NCBI GenBank assembly: GCA_031264785.1
Contig: JAISDN010000058.1
Span: 1-39,743, forward strand
Source of the DNA: Candidatus Nomurabacteria bacterium
Lineage (GTDB): Bacteria; Patescibacteriota; Saccharimonadia; Saccharimonadales; Saccharimonadaceae
DNA: 39,743 nt
Direction: 5' to 3'
This document shows positions 14,916 through 24,640 of the stretch, one piece after another. The notes below the pieces were generated by a model. It was given only the letters and a program-made list of their open reading frames with translations. It made no database searches and was not told the origin of the DNA. The position numbers and the translations under genes were made by a program. The first letter of the stretch is position 1. Each line of letters starts with the position of its first letter.

Positions 14916-17900
14916 ATGGCGAAAACCACCAAAAACGGCATCACTGAACGCAAGTATTTTACGCCCCAAAATACTGTGTTGGAAGTGCCGGACTTAGTCG
15001 AACATCAAAAAAAATCGTGGCAGGAATTTGTGGAAACTGGGCTGAATGAGGTTTTTAACGAAATTAACCCGATTGACGATTACACTGGCGAAAAATTATC
15101 AATGAGTTTCAAATCTTATGAATTTGAAGATCCCAAGGAGACTGAGGCGGAGGCTCGTGACAACAACACCAGCTTTTTGGCGCCGCTGTATACTATGGTG
15201 GAGCTGACCAACAAAACCACCGGCGAAGTTAGCGAAGAGCGGATTTATATGGGCGATTTTCCGTGGATGACGGAGCGTGGCACTTTTATTATTAACGGCG
15301 TGGAGCGGGTGATTATTAGCCAGCTGATTCGTTCGTCGGGTGTGGTTTTTTCGGCGCGGCGCGAGGCTGACGATCGGAATTATTACGGCGCAAAAATCAT
15401 TCCGACGCGTGGGGCTTGGCTGGAGTTTGAAACTTCTTTTAACGCCAAAAACAAGGCCAACAACGGCGTGATTTATGTTAAAGTCGACCGCAAGCGTAAA
15501 ATTCCGGCCACGGCACTTTTGAAAACTTTTGGTTATACTATTGCGGCGATTCGCGAAGCTTTTAAAGACGTCGACACTGGCGAGGTGAAATTTATTGAGC
15601 AAACGCTTGGTAAGGACAAAGCTTCCAGCACCGGCGAGGCCATTAAGGAAGTTTTTCGGGCGATTCGGCCCGGCGATCAGGCTTCGGTGGACGACGCCAA
15701 AAAGATGATCGAGCGGATGTTTTTCGATTTTCGGCGCTTTGATTTGGGCCGAGTGGGGCGATATAAATTTAATCAGCGTTTGGGGCAGGATCTGGACGAC
15801 AAACAGCGCCAAAATCGGGTGTTTCGGCCTGAAGATTTAGTGGCGGTGTTGGCAGAGATTATTCGTTTGAATAATAGTCAAGGAGCGGCTGATGACATTG
15901 ACGCGATGTATAATCGCCGGATTAAACTGGTTGGCGAATTGGTGGAACATCAATATCGGATTGGTTTGGCGCGGCTGGACAAAAATATTCGCGACCGAAT
16001 GAGTATGGTAGAAATGGCTACTGTGACGCCCAAAACCCTGATTAATGCGCGGCCGGTAACGGCGGCGGTGCGAGAGTTTTTTGCGACTTCGCAGCTTAGC
16101 CAATTTATGGATCAGGCTAATCCGCTGTCGGAGCTGGCTCACAAACGGCGCCTGACGACCACTGGTCCGGGCGGTTTGACCCGCGAACGGGCTGGTTTTG
16201 AGGTTCGCGACGTGCACCCGACGCATTATTCTCGAGTTTGTATTATTGAAACGCCGGAAGGCCAGAATGTCGGTTTGGTGTTGAACTTGGCGACTTATGC
16301 CAGAATTAACGAATATGGTTTTGCGGAAGCGCCGTATGTCAAGGTGGAAAAGGGCAAAGTCACTGGTGAAGTGGTTTATTTGGATGCTGCGCAGGAAGAA
16401 AAGGAAGTTATTGCGGAGGCCGGCACGGCGGTCAACGAGGCCACCGGCAAGTTTGTTGAAAAACGGGTTTCGGCGCGGCGTTTTATGCGGCCGGAAACGG
16501 TGGACGCTGGTGAAGTCACAATGATGGATGCCAGCCGAATGCAGTTGATTGGTTCGACGGCGGCGCTGATTCCGTTTATTGACAAAAACCGGATCGACCG
16601 CAACTTGACTGGCGCCAATATGCAACGGCAGGCCGTGCCGCTGATTAACCCCAAATCGCCGATTGTGGGCACGGGGATTGAATATGATATTGCCAAAAAT
16701 ACTTCGCAGCTGATTTGTGCGCGGGCCGCCGGTGAGGTGGTTAAGGCCGAAGCCGACGAAGTTCAGATTAAATATGGGCCGAAAGAGGTGATTTCTTATT
16801 ATCCAGAGCATTTTGTGAAGTCTAATGAGGATCGTTCGTTTAACTCTCGCGTGGTGGTGAGCCGCGGCGACAAAGTCAAAAAAGGTCAGCCGATTATTGA
16901 AGGCGCTTCGGTGGCGGACGGCGAGCTGGCGATTGGCCGCGACCTGATCGTGGCTTATATGCCTTGGAAGGGCTACAATATGGACGACGGAATTGTGATT
17001 TCTAGGCGCCTAGTGGAGGACGACGAACTGACTAATATTAATATTAGTAGTTCGATGGTGGAAGTGCGCGACACCAAATTGGGGCCGGAAATTGTGACTC
17101 GCGACATCCCGAACGCTCGCGAAGAGGCGATGCGCCATCTGGACGACGAAGGTATTGTGCGGATTGGTGCGGAAGTTAAGCCGGGCGATATTTTGGTTGG
17201 TAAAATTACTCCTAAAGGCGAGCAAGAGCTGAGTTCGGAAGAGCGGCTGCTGCGGGCGATTTTTGGCGAAAAAGCCAAAGATGTGCGCGACACCAGCCAT
17301 CGAGTTGGCAATGCGGCCGGCGGTAAAATTGTTGGCGTCAAGATTTTTAGCAAACAAAACGGCCACGAAATGAAGTCTGGCGTGATTAAGCAAATTGAAA
17401 TTTTTATTGCCGAGACGCGCAAGATTCAGGTTGGTGACAAGCTGGCCGGTCGTTATGGTAACAAAGGCGTGGTGGCGCGAGTGCTGCCGGTGGAAGATAT
17501 GCCATATTTGGCGGACGGCACACCGGTGGATGTCGTGCTGAACCCGATGGGCGTGCCGAGTCGTATGAATTTGGGGCAGCTGTTTGAGACCCATTTGGGA
17601 ATGGCCGCGCGCTTGCTTGGTTATAAACTGGCTACGCCGCCGTTTGACGACGCGCCGGCTGAGAAGATTTCTGAAGAATTAGTTAAAGCTGGCTTGCCGG
17701 CCGATGGTAAAGTGCAGCTGTTTGACGGCCGCACCGGCGAACCGTTCCAAGAAAAAGTTACGGTTGGAAATATGTATATCATCAAATTGCACCATATGGT
17801 GGCGGACAAAATTCACGCCCGTTCCACCGGGCCGTATACAATGGTGACGCAGCAGCCTCTAGGCGGTAAAGCCCAAAACGGCGGTCAGCGATTCGGCGAA

Positions 17901-18398
17901 ATGGAGGTTTGGGCGCTGGAGGCTTATGGCGCGGCCTCGACTCTGCAGGAAATGATCACCATCAAATCCGACGATGTGGTCGGCCGCAGTTGGGCTTACG
18001 AATCGATTATTAAGGACGAGCAAATTCAAGGGCCAAAAATTCCGGAAGGTTTTAACGTTTTGGTGAAAGAATTGCAAGGTTTGGGCCTGCGGGTCGACCT
18101 GATTTCTGACAATGAAACTATTGAAGCTGAGGAAATTTTGACCACCAAAGGCGAAACGGTTTCTGAGAATGACGACGAGCCGGATGTCAGCGTGATTGAC
18201 GAAAATATCGAGGCGGAAATTGCCGACGAATTTGAGGACGAGTTGGAGGACAATCTGGAAGACGAAGTTGAAGAAGATTTAGACGAAGAAATCGAGGATG
18301 AAGATTTGGCGGTGGTCGAGGACGATCTTGACGAAGACGTCGAAGACGAGGAGTTTGAAGAAGCAAATGTAGAAGACGATGGAAAGGAGGTCGCATAA
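14916..18398 (+). CDS. rpoB: DNA-directed RNA polymerase beta subunit with a ~97-aa poly-acidic C-terminal extension
   Basis: 1160 aa with conserved beta blocks throughout (e.g. GDKLAGRYGNKGVV, MNLGQLFETHLG, GGQRFGEMEVWALEAYGA). The tail SDNETIEAEE...DEEFEEANVEDDGKEVA spans 18105-18395. Confidence 0.97.
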   Translation: MAKTTKNGITERKYFTPQNTVLEVPDLVEHQKKSWQEFVETGLNEVFNEINPIDDYTGEKLSMSFKSYEFEDPKETEAEARDNNTSFLAPLYTMVELTNKTTGEVSEERIYMGDFPWMTERGTFIINGVERVIISQLIRSSGVVFSARREADDRNYYGAKIIPTRGAWLEFETSFNAKNKANNGVIYVKVDRKRKIPATALLKTFGYTIAAIREAFKDVDTGEVKFIEQTLGKDKASSTGEAIKEVFRAIRPGDQASVDDAKKMIERMFFDFRRFDLGRVGRYKFNQRLGQDLDDKQRQNRVFRPEDLVAVLAEIIRLNNSQGAADDIDAMYNRRIKLVGELVEHQYRIGLARLDKNIRDRMSMVEMATVTPKTLINARPVTAAVREFFATSQLSQFMDQANPLSELAHKRRLTTTGPGGLTRERAGFEVRDVHPTHYSRVCIIETPEGQNVGLVLNLATYARINEYGFAEAPYVKVEKGKVTGEVVYLDAAQEEKEVIAEAGTAVNEATGKFVEKRVSARRFMRPETVDAGEVTMMDASRMQLIGSTAALIPFIDKNRIDRNLTGANMQRQAVPLINPKSPIVGTGIEYDIAKNTSQLICARAAGEVVKAEADEVQIKYGPKEVISYYPEHFVKSNEDRSFNSRVVVSRGDKVKKGQPIIEGASVADGELAIGRDLIVAYMPWKGYNMDDGIVISRRLVEDDELTNINISSSMVEVRDTKLGPEIVTRDIPNAREEAMRHLDDEGIVRIGAEVKPGDILVGKITPKGEQELSSEERLLRAIFGEKAKDVRDTSHRVGNAAGGKIVGVKIFSKQNGHEMKSGVIKQIEIFIAETRKIQVGDKLAGRYGNKGVVARVLPVEDMPYLADGTPVDVVLNPMGVPSRMNLGQLFETHLGMAARLLGYKLATPPFDDAPAEKISEELVKAGLPADGKVQLFDGRTGEPFQEKVTVGNMYIIKLHHMVADKIHARSTGPYTMVTQQPLGGKAQNGGQRFGEMEVWALEAYGAASTLQEMITIKSDDVVGRSWAYESIIKDEQIQGPKIPEGFNVLVKELQGLGLRVDLISDNETIEAEEILTTKGETVSENDDEPDVSVIDENIEAEIADEFEDELEDNLEDEVEEDLDEEIEDEDLAVVEDDLDEDVEDEEFEEANVEDDGKEVA

Positions 18399-21300
18399 TG
18401 GCTTATTATCCAACTAAAGATTCTGGTCGAGATATTGCCAGTTTTGACGCGGTGCGCTTAAGCGTGGCCAGCGAAGATGATGTTTTGAATTGGAGCTACG
18501 GCGAAGTTTTGAAGCCGGAAACTATCAATTATCGCACTCAAAAACCGGAGCGGGACGGCTTGTTCTGCGAACGGATTTTTGGGCCGACCAAAGATATCAA
18601 TCCGAATGACAATAAACATCGCGGCATTCGCTCGCGTGAAGCGGCTGTCGACAAAAACGGCGAACTAGTCACTAAAGCGGCGGCTCGTCGCGAACGGATG
18701 GGGCACATTAAGTTGTCCACGCCAGTGGCGCACATTTGGTTTATGCGCAACACGCCTAGCCCGCTGTCGCTGCTGCTCGGCCTGACCAACAAGCAGCTGG
18801 AACGCGTGGCTTATTTTGCTAGCTATGTGATTTTGGAAGTCGACGAGGAAAAACGCGACCAGCTTTTGGCCGACAACGAAGCCGAATATGAGGCCGGCAA
18901 AACCGCCATCAAAATGCGTTACGAAAAAGCTGCTGGCGACAAAGATGTCGACGTCACCAAACTGAGCGAACAGATGAGCAAGGAGCTGGACGACATTACC
19001 GAAAAATATGACGAAGTGAAGACTATTCTGGGTGGTTTTATCAAAGGCTCGCTGCTGACTGAAAATGAGTATTTCAACTTGCCGGAAGGCTATGAGGATT
19101 TACTGAAAGTCGGTATGGGCGGCGAAGCGCTTTATAAAATGCTGGAAGAAGTCAATCTGGAAGAGCTGATTATGGAGCTGGCCGAAGACGCCGAAAGCCG
19201 CAAAGGTCAGTCCAAGAAAAAAGTTCAAAAGCGCCTGAAGATTTTGGAAGGTATGAATTCGGCCGGCATTTCTCCGCTGTCGATGTGTATGACAATTGTG
19301 CCGGTGATTCCGCCAGATCTGCGGCCGATGGTGCAGCTGTCCGGCGACCGTTTTGCGACGTCCGACCTGAACGATTTGTATCGGCGAGTCATCAACCGCA
19401 ATAATCGCCTGAAAAAACTGGCCGAACTAAACGCGCCGGAAGTCATTCAGCGCAACGAAAAACGGATGCTGCAAGAAGCGGTTGACGCGCTGTTGGATAA
19501 TTCGATGGTGCGGGGCAATCGCGTGGCTAATTCCACTAATAATCGCCGCCGTCTGAAATCGCTCAGTGATTTATTGAAGGGCAAGCAAGGCCGTTTTCGC
19601 CAAAACTTGCTCGGTAAGCGCGTTGATTATTCCGGCCGCTCGGTGATTGTGCCCGGTCCGGAGCTGAAAATCGAGCAGTGCGGTTTGCCAAAGAAAATGA
19701 CGATGGAGCTGTTTCGGCCGTTTGTGGTTAGTAAGCTTCTCGAATGGGAACAGGCTCACAACATCAAATCGGCGCAGCGTCTGATTGACGCCGGCGACGC
19801 CATTGTGTGGGATGCGCTGGACGAAGCCATTCGCGGCAAATATGTGCTGTTGAATCGCGCGCCGACTTTGCACCGTTTGGGTATTCAGGCTTTCCAGCCC
19901 AAGCTGATTGAAGGCTCGGCCATTCAGTTGCACCCACTGGTGACGACTGGATTTAACGCCGACTTTGACGGCGACCAAATGGCGGTTCACCTGCCATTGT
20001 CGGCTGAAGCTCAGGCTGAGGCGCGCGACCTAATGAGCGCCACCAATAACTTGTTGAAGCCATCTGACGGCGCGCCGGTGCTGTCGATTTCCCAAGATAT
20101 TATTTTGGGAGCTTACTATTTGACTTACGAAAAACCGTCGGTCCAAACCGACCAGCCGAAAATCTTTGCTTCCATTGGCGAAGCCCAAATGGCCAAAGAC
20201 GGCGGCATCATTAAATATCAAACGCCCATCAAAACCAAAGTCGGTGACGAAATTGTCATCACCACGCTAGGGCGCTTGAAATTTAACGAAGTTTTGCCGA
20301 ACGATTTTCCGTTTGTCAACCAAACTATGGGTAAAAAAGTTTTGAACAAAGTTATGGCCCGGATTTTTGCTGATTACGGCGCAAATGTTACCGCCAAAGT
20401 GGCCGACGACGTCAAAGAATTGACGCTAGAGCACGCCACGCGCTCGGCGGTTTCCACCGGTATGCACGACTATTTCGACATCGACGGGCTGGACCACATC
20501 GTCAAAGAAGGCGAAGTTCGCGTGGCCAAGATTTCCGAACAGGCCGAAATGGGCAATATGACCGAATACGAACGCTATCGCCGCACTGTTGACACTTGGA
20601 TGAAAGTCGACGACGACGTCAAAGATCTGCTGCAAGAGCAGCTTCAAAAAACCGACACCGCCATTTCCATTATGACCAATTCTGGGGCGCGTGGTAGTTT
20701 GTCCAACATTAAATGGGCCACTGGTATGATCGGCGTAACGGTCGACGCGTTTGGTCACGAATCGGAAGTGCCGGTCAAAAACTCGTTTAAGCGCGGCCTA
20801 ACTCCGCTGGAATCTTTCCTTTACACCCGTTCCACCCGCAAAGGCTCCATCGACACCGCTTTGAAGACGGCAGACTCTGGCTATCTGACGCGGCGTTTAG
20901 TCGACGTGGCGCAGGACGTTTTCACAGTTGACGACGTGCCGGGCGACGATCCGGGCTTTATGATCGGCCGCGACGAGACCGCCGAAACGATGATTGAGTT
21001 TGGTGATCGCCTGTATGGTCGTTATACCGCCGAGCCGATTATTGATGGCAATGGCCAAGAGCTAATCGGCGACCACGATCTGATTACCCGCGAAATTGCC
21101 GACAAAATCCAAAACGACGAATCGATTGAAGCTGTCAAAATTATGTCAATCCTGTCCACTAAACAGCTGCACGGCATTCCGCAGCGCAGTTATGGCATCG
21201 ATATGGCGACGGGCTATCTGGTGGCCGAACACGAACCGGTCGGCGTGATTGCCGCCCAGTCGGTCGGCGAGCCGGGCACACAGCTGACGCTGAAAACTTT

Positions 21301-22294
21301 CCACTCCGGTGGTGAGGCTGGCGGCGGCGGCGACATCACGCAAGGTTTGCCGCGCGTCGAGGAGCTTTTGGAAGCTCGCAAACCGAAAGGCGAAGCGACT
21401 TTGAGCGAAATTTCTGGCACCCTAAAAATTACCGAAGATAAAGAAAGTAAAAAATTCACCGTCAAAGTTACGCCCAGCAAAGCTGCCGAAGAGCGCGTCA
21501 AAATTGGCGAATACGAAGTCGTGGTGGAGCACGGCGCGGAAGTTCTGGCTGGCGATGTGCTGGCTCAGGCCAAAGGTAAAGCGCCGCTAGTTGCACCATT
21601 TGACGGCAAAGTCAAAGTTCTCAAAAACGACATCGTTGTCAAATCGCTAGACAAAGCCAATCCGGTGGATTATGAAATTTCCGAATCCAAAATGCTGCGC
21701 GACAAATTGGGCAAATTTATCCTGCACGACGGCGAAGAAATCACTTCGGGCGACCGTCTGAGCATTGGTTCAATCGACCCGCACAAACTGATGGAGCTGA
21801 GGGGCGTCGAAGCTACTCAGCGCTACATCATCAACGACGTGCTGCGGATTTACGCCGCGCAAGGCCAAAATATCGCCGACAAGCACCTCGAGATCATCGT
21901 TCGCCAGATGTTCAGCCGCGTCCAAATCGAAGAATCCGGCGACAGTCCGTTCGTGGCTGGCGACATTATGTCGCGCGCCCAAGTCGTCGACGAAAACGAA
22001 AAGCTGATTGCCGGTGGCAATAAACCAGCCGTCTATACGCAGCTATTGCTTGGCATCACCAAAGTTTCAATCTACTCCGACAGCTTCCTGTCCGCCGCCT
22101 CCTTCCAAGACACCACCCGAGTCCTAATCGGCGCCGCCATCAGCGGCAAAGTCGACCACCTAAAAGGCCTCAAAGAAAACGTCATCATCGGCCGCAAAAT
22201 CCCCGTCGGCACCGGTATCCTATCCGAAGAAGACTTCTACGAATCCGAATTTCAAGGCGACTCAATAGACGAATTCCCTGAAGCGCAGATATAA
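18398..22294 (+). CDS. rpoC: DNA-directed RNA polymerase beta' subunit
   Basis: 1298 aa. [12 protein letters not shown] catalytic motif, plus trigger-loop and bridge-helix regions. The start overlaps the rpoB stop (TAATG). Confidence 0.97.
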   Translation: MAYYPTKDSGRDIASFDAVRLSVASEDDVLNWSYGEVLKPETINYRTQKPERDGLFCERIFGPTKDINPNDNKHRGIRSREAAVDKNGELVTKAAARRERMGHIKLSTPVAHIWFMRNTPSPLSLLLGLTNKQLERVAYFASYVILEVDEEKRDQLLADNEAEYEAGKTAIKMRYEKAAGDKDVDVTKLSEQMSKELDDITEKYDEVKTILGGFIKGSLLTENEYFNLPEGYEDLLKVGMGGEALYKMLEEVNLEELIMELAEDAESRKGQSKKKVQKRLKILEGMNSAGISPLSMCMTIVPVIPPDLRPMVQLSGDRFATSDLNDLYRRVINRNNRLKKLAELNAPEVIQRNEKRMLQEAVDALLDNSMVRGNRVANSTNNRRRLKSLSDLLKGKQGRFRQNLLGKRVDYSGRSVIVPGPELKIEQCGLPKKMTMELFRPFVVSKLLEWEQAHNIKSAQRLIDAGDAIVWDALDEAIRGKYVLLNRAPTLHRLGIQAFQPKLIEGSAIQLHPLVTTGFNADFDGDQMAVHLPLSAEAQAEARDLMSATNNLLKPSDGAPVLSISQDIILGAYYLTYEKPSVQTDQPKIFASIGEAQMAKDGGIIKYQTPIKTKVGDEIVITTLGRLKFNEVLPNDFPFVNQTMGKKVLNKVMARIFADYGANVTAKVADDVKELTLEHATRSAVSTGMHDYFDIDGLDHIVKEGEVRVAKISEQAEMGNMTEYERYRRTVDTWMKVDDDVKDLLQEQLQKTDTAISIMTNSGARGSLSNIKWATGMIGVTVDAFGHESEVPVKNSFKRGLTPLESFLYTRSTRKGSIDTALKTADSGYLTRRLVDVAQDVFTVDDVPGDDPGFMIGRDETAETMIEFGDRLYGRYTAEPIIDGNGQELIGDHDLITREIADKIQNDESIEAVKIMSILSTKQLHGIPQRSYGIDMATGYLVAEHEPVGVIAAQSVGEPGTQLTLKTFHSGGEAGGGGDITQGLPRVEELLEARKPKGEATLSEISGTLKITEDKESKKFTVKVTPSKAAEERVKIGEYEVVVEHGAEVLAGDVLAQAKGKAPLVAPFDGKVKVLKNDIVVKSLDKANPVDYEISESKMLRDKLGKFILHDGEEITSGDRLSIGSIDPHKLMELRGVEATQRYIINDVLRIYAAQGQNIADKHLEIIVRQMFSRVQIEESGDSPFVAGDIMSRAQVVDENEKLIAGGNKPAVYTQLLLGITKVSIYSDSFLSAASFQDTTRVLIGAAISGKVDHLKGLKENVIIGRKIPVGTGILSEEDFYESEFQGDSIDEFPEAQI

Positions 22295-22304
22295 AAACCC
22301 GCAA

Positions 22305-22394
22305 CTGGATTCCGAGTCAATACCGAATCAGGTCCGGCTGATGTTGTCCGGAATGACAAACACCCGTCATTCCGGCCCTCGAGCCGGAATCCAG
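22305..22394. repeat. 90-bp palindromic composite of two inverted GTCATTCCGG-family units (MITE/REP-like), immediately 3' of rpoC
   Basis: Termini CTGGATTCCG...CGGAATCCAG are exact inverted repeats. Internal ...GTCCGGAATGAC aaacaccc GTCATTCCGGCCctcgaGCCGGAATCCAG. Confidence 0.8.
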
Positions 22395-22401
22395 AAAAGG
22401 T

Positions 22402-22710
22402 TTAGCGTCGTTTGGGACGGGCCTGTCCTTTCCCGTCAATAATATCATCCAGATGCCGCAAAAACTCGTCCGGCGTGTAAGGCTTGAGCTTACCAGCTTT
22501 ATAATCACGATCGGCTTCATCACTAGCTTTAAGCAGTTCCGCGATATATTCCTCCGAATAATCGTCATCATAAACCACCTTGTCGCCCTTCGCAAAGCGG
22601 CGCAAGGCGTTGTTTATCACATCACTCAAACTCAGGCCCAGCTGCTCGGCGCGGGCCTGAGCGGCTTGCTTGATATTTTTGTTAGTGCGAATAGTAATTG
22701 TAGCGTCCAT
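22402..22710 (-). CDS. Ribbon-helix-helix protein, RelB/DinJ-like antitoxin (no cognate toxin gene adjacent)
   Basis: MDATITIRTNKNIKQAAQARAEQLGLSLSDVINNALRRFA has a beta-strand plus two-helix RHH pattern like DinJ/RelB, followed by an acidic C-terminal half. Confidence 0.6.
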   Translation of the reverse strand: MDATITIRTNKNIKQAAQARAEQLGLSLSDVINNALRRFAKGDKVVYDDDYSEEYIAELLKASDEADRDYKAGKLKPYTPDEFLRHLDDIIDGKGQARPKRR

Positions 22711-22716
22711 ACCCCT

Positions 22717-22762
22717 AGTATAGCAAACTGTTATTACATTGTCAATACTTTGTTATTACATT
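22717..22762 (-). promoter_or_regulatory. Promoter of the RHH gene with two 12-bp direct repeats (candidate operator)
   Basis: On the minus strand: TTGACA (22740-22745), 17-nt spacer, TATACT (22717-22722) with TGc, then the ATG 6 nt downstream. TGTTATTACATT occurs at 22729-22740 and 22751-22762 (22-bp period), overlapping and flanking the -35. Confidence 0.65.
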
Positions 22763-22941
22763 ATATTTTCCACAAAGCACTACAAAAACCCTTGTCTTTC
22801 CAAATTCACTTTGCTATAATGGTTATGTCAAAGGGGGCGGAAGCCCAGTGTGGTTGGCAAATAAAAAATGCGAGAACAATATTTAGTGGTTGGAAATGAG
22901 GTTTTGGCTTAGTTTCTGGCGAAAAAAGTGGAGAAAATAAA

Positions 22942-23733
22942 ATGGTAGGCACAAAAAATCCATTTAAAGGGTTAAATAAAGACAACAAATCGGGCGCTTT
23001 TGATATTAACGAAATTATTGAGACTGAAAAACAGCCAGAGGCTCCGACTGAGGAAGTTTCAAATCCGGTCGAGACAGAGGTTCCCGATCAACCGGCTGAA
23101 GAGGATTCGGCGGAAGCGCCAATCGAAGAGAATTATCGAACTCCGGATGAAACGGCGGCAGAAACTGCTCAAAAACCGGCGTTTGTGGACAGTATTTCAA
23201 CGCCAATGATTGAAAATAATAGCGGCGCGGAAGACCTCGATGAGCCAGAGCCAGAACCAGAACCTGCAGAACCGGAAGACGAGCCGGAAGCTGAAGAACC
23301 AGCTGACCTTTCCGAAGGCATTGTGCTTAATAACAAACCGCGCAAATTTGGCAAAAAGGGCATTGTTGCGGCGATTTCCGGTGGTGCAGTGGCGGTGTTG
23401 GCCGTGGTATTTTTGGTTAGCGGCGTTTTCAAGACCGATTTGCCGATCGACGACCAAACGGCCGAAAACGGCATTACTGACGTGACCAATAATAATAGCA
23501 AGTCGGGGCTGGACGACATTACTGAGGACGATCCGCTGGATTATGCGCAGGAAGAGGCCGATGTGGCGGCGGACGACGTCAATGGCAAAGGCTCAGGCGT
23601 TTCGGAAGTGTCTACGCCGGATAATGAGCCGAGTGGCGTGGCCGGCGACACCGACGATCCAGATTATTTAGCCCAGACTAGCGCCGATTCGAGCGATGTT
23701 GATAACGCGCCGATCACTGGCTATGGATTTTAA
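22942..23733 (+). CDS. Acidic, Pro/Glu-rich bitopic membrane protein, unknown function
   Basis: Low-complexity acidic N-terminus (EPEPEPEPAEPEDEPEAEEP), a single TM (IVAAISGGAVAVLAVVFLVSGVF) and an acidic C-terminal region. GGAG RBS. Promoter TTGTCT-17-TATAAT at 22792-22820. Confidence 0.6.
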   Translation: MVGTKNPFKGLNKDNKSGAFDINEIIETEKQPEAPTEEVSNPVETEVPDQPAEEDSAEAPIEENYRTPDETAAETAQKPAFVDSISTPMIENNSGAEDLDEPEPEPEPAEPEDEPEAEEPADLSEGIVLNNKPRKFGKKGIVAAISGGAVAVLAVVFLVSGVFKTDLPIDDQTAENGITDVTNNNSKSGLDDITEDDPLDYAQEEADVAADDVNGKGSGVSEVSTPDNEPSGVAGDTDDPDYLAQTSADSSDVDNAPITGYGF

Positions 23734-23775
23734 TTTAATGAGTGGTATAATAAACATAAGCTAAAAGGGGACGAA

Positions 23776-24528
23776 ATGGAGAATGACAACGAAAGATTAA
23801 CACTAGATAGTATGCAACAGGACGAAACCGCTACTGCCGCACCGCCGCCCGAACCGACAGAGGAAGACTACCAGCCGAACCGGCCGATGTATGAGCAGGC
23901 GCCAATTGTGAATGATTATGACGATGCGGTGAAGGACAGCGAACCGGCGGAAAATGAGGCGGCGCCAGAGGAGGACGAGGAAGACGAGCCAGCCGCGCCG
24001 ATTGGGATTGTGGATGAGGTGTTGGCCCAGAGTGATGCGCCGGAACAGCCAGAGGAACCAGAAATCAAGGAAGAGCCGGTTTTGCCGGCCAAATCTAGCG
24101 GTTTTAAGACCGACAACGGTGGCAAAAAGCACTTTTTGGTGTCGCTGGCGGCGGTTGTGGTAGTAGGTGGTTTGGCGGCCTGCAGCATTTATTTTGCTTC
24201 GGAAAGCCAGCGCCTGCGGACTGAAAATGAAAATATGCGTCAGGACGAAATCGCTAAGCAACAGTCTCAAAACAGCGACGAAGCCACCGACGAAGTCATA
24301 AATATGATTGGAAAATTGATTGATTTGCCGCTGAACGAAAAACCCAAAGTTTATTCGATATCGGATCGCGACGCCAAAGATGCCAAAACTATGGCCAAAA
24401 ATCTGCTGGGCGGCACGCAATTGTTCAAGGACAACGACAAAGTTTTGCTGTATTCTGGCAACAAACTTTTTGTGGTTTATCGGCCGGATGAGCATCGAAT
24501 TGTGCGTTCCGGGCAGCTTGCCGAATAA
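23776..24528 (+). CDS. Acidic bitopic membrane protein with a ~100-aa extracytoplasmic C-terminal domain, unknown function
   Basis: Acidic N-terminus, TM HFLVSLAAVVVVGGLAACSIYFA, then a C-terminal region that looks folded (...KVYSISDRDAKDAKTMAKNLL...KVLLYSGNKLFVVYRPDEHRIV). Confidence 0.6.
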   Translation: MENDNERLTLDSMQQDETATAAPPPEPTEEDYQPNRPMYEQAPIVNDYDDAVKDSEPAENEAAPEEDEEDEPAAPIGIVDEVLAQSDAPEQPEEPEIKEEPVLPAKSSGFKTDNGGKKHFLVSLAAVVVVGGLAACSIYFASESQRLRTENENMRQDEIAKQQSQNSDEATDEVINMIGKLIDLPLNEKPKVYSISDRDAKDAKTMAKNLLGGTQLFKDNDKVLLYSGNKLFVVYRPDEHRIVRSGQLAE

Positions 24529-24604
24529 GTTGTAATTTTTACAACACCAACAGAGAAGCCTACGCTATATATAGCGTATGGTTTTTGTTGTAATTTTTAC
24601 AACA
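24529..24604. repeat. Composite palindromic region upstream of ftsA: two copies of GTTGTAATTTTTACAACA flanking an 18-bp perfect palindrome
   Basis: Copy 1 at 24529-24546 and copy 2 at 24587-24604 are identical 18-mers, each itself GTTGTA-N5-TACAAC. TACGCTATATATAGCGTA lies at 24561-24578. Confidence 0.85.
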
Positions 24605-24640
24605 GGTGACAGGTTTTTAAATATTTGATAGAATGTGATT

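Noticed and set aside
14667-14969. 100-aa ORF (minus strand) upstream of rpoB, and the 92-aa ORF at 22317-22595
   Set aside because: Both are read-throughs of the GTCATTCCGG palindromic repeats (translations such as VIPRLTRNPE and GVCHSGQHQPDLIRY). They overlap promoters or the RHH gene out of frame.
15837-16811. 324-aa ORF antisense to rpoB, and similar long antisense ORFs at 15099-15812, 17010-17594, 4430-5149, 23803-24495, 24662-25207, 25924-26571, 27986-28963 and 34978-35649
   Set aside because: All lie opposite well-supported genes. They have Arg/His/Asn/Phe-rich low-complexity translations with no motifs and no RBS or promoter. They are typical shadow ORFs.
22850-22897. Direct repeat GTGGTTGG(C)AAAT (22850 and 22886), a GGGC-GGAA-GCCC hairpin in the 120-nt leader of the 22942 gene, and a 24-codon ORF starting at 22825
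   Set aside because: An 8-mer repeated once is not significant. I recognised no riboswitch consensus. The small ORF's ATG is only 4 nt from the -10 box, so it is probably not in the transcript.
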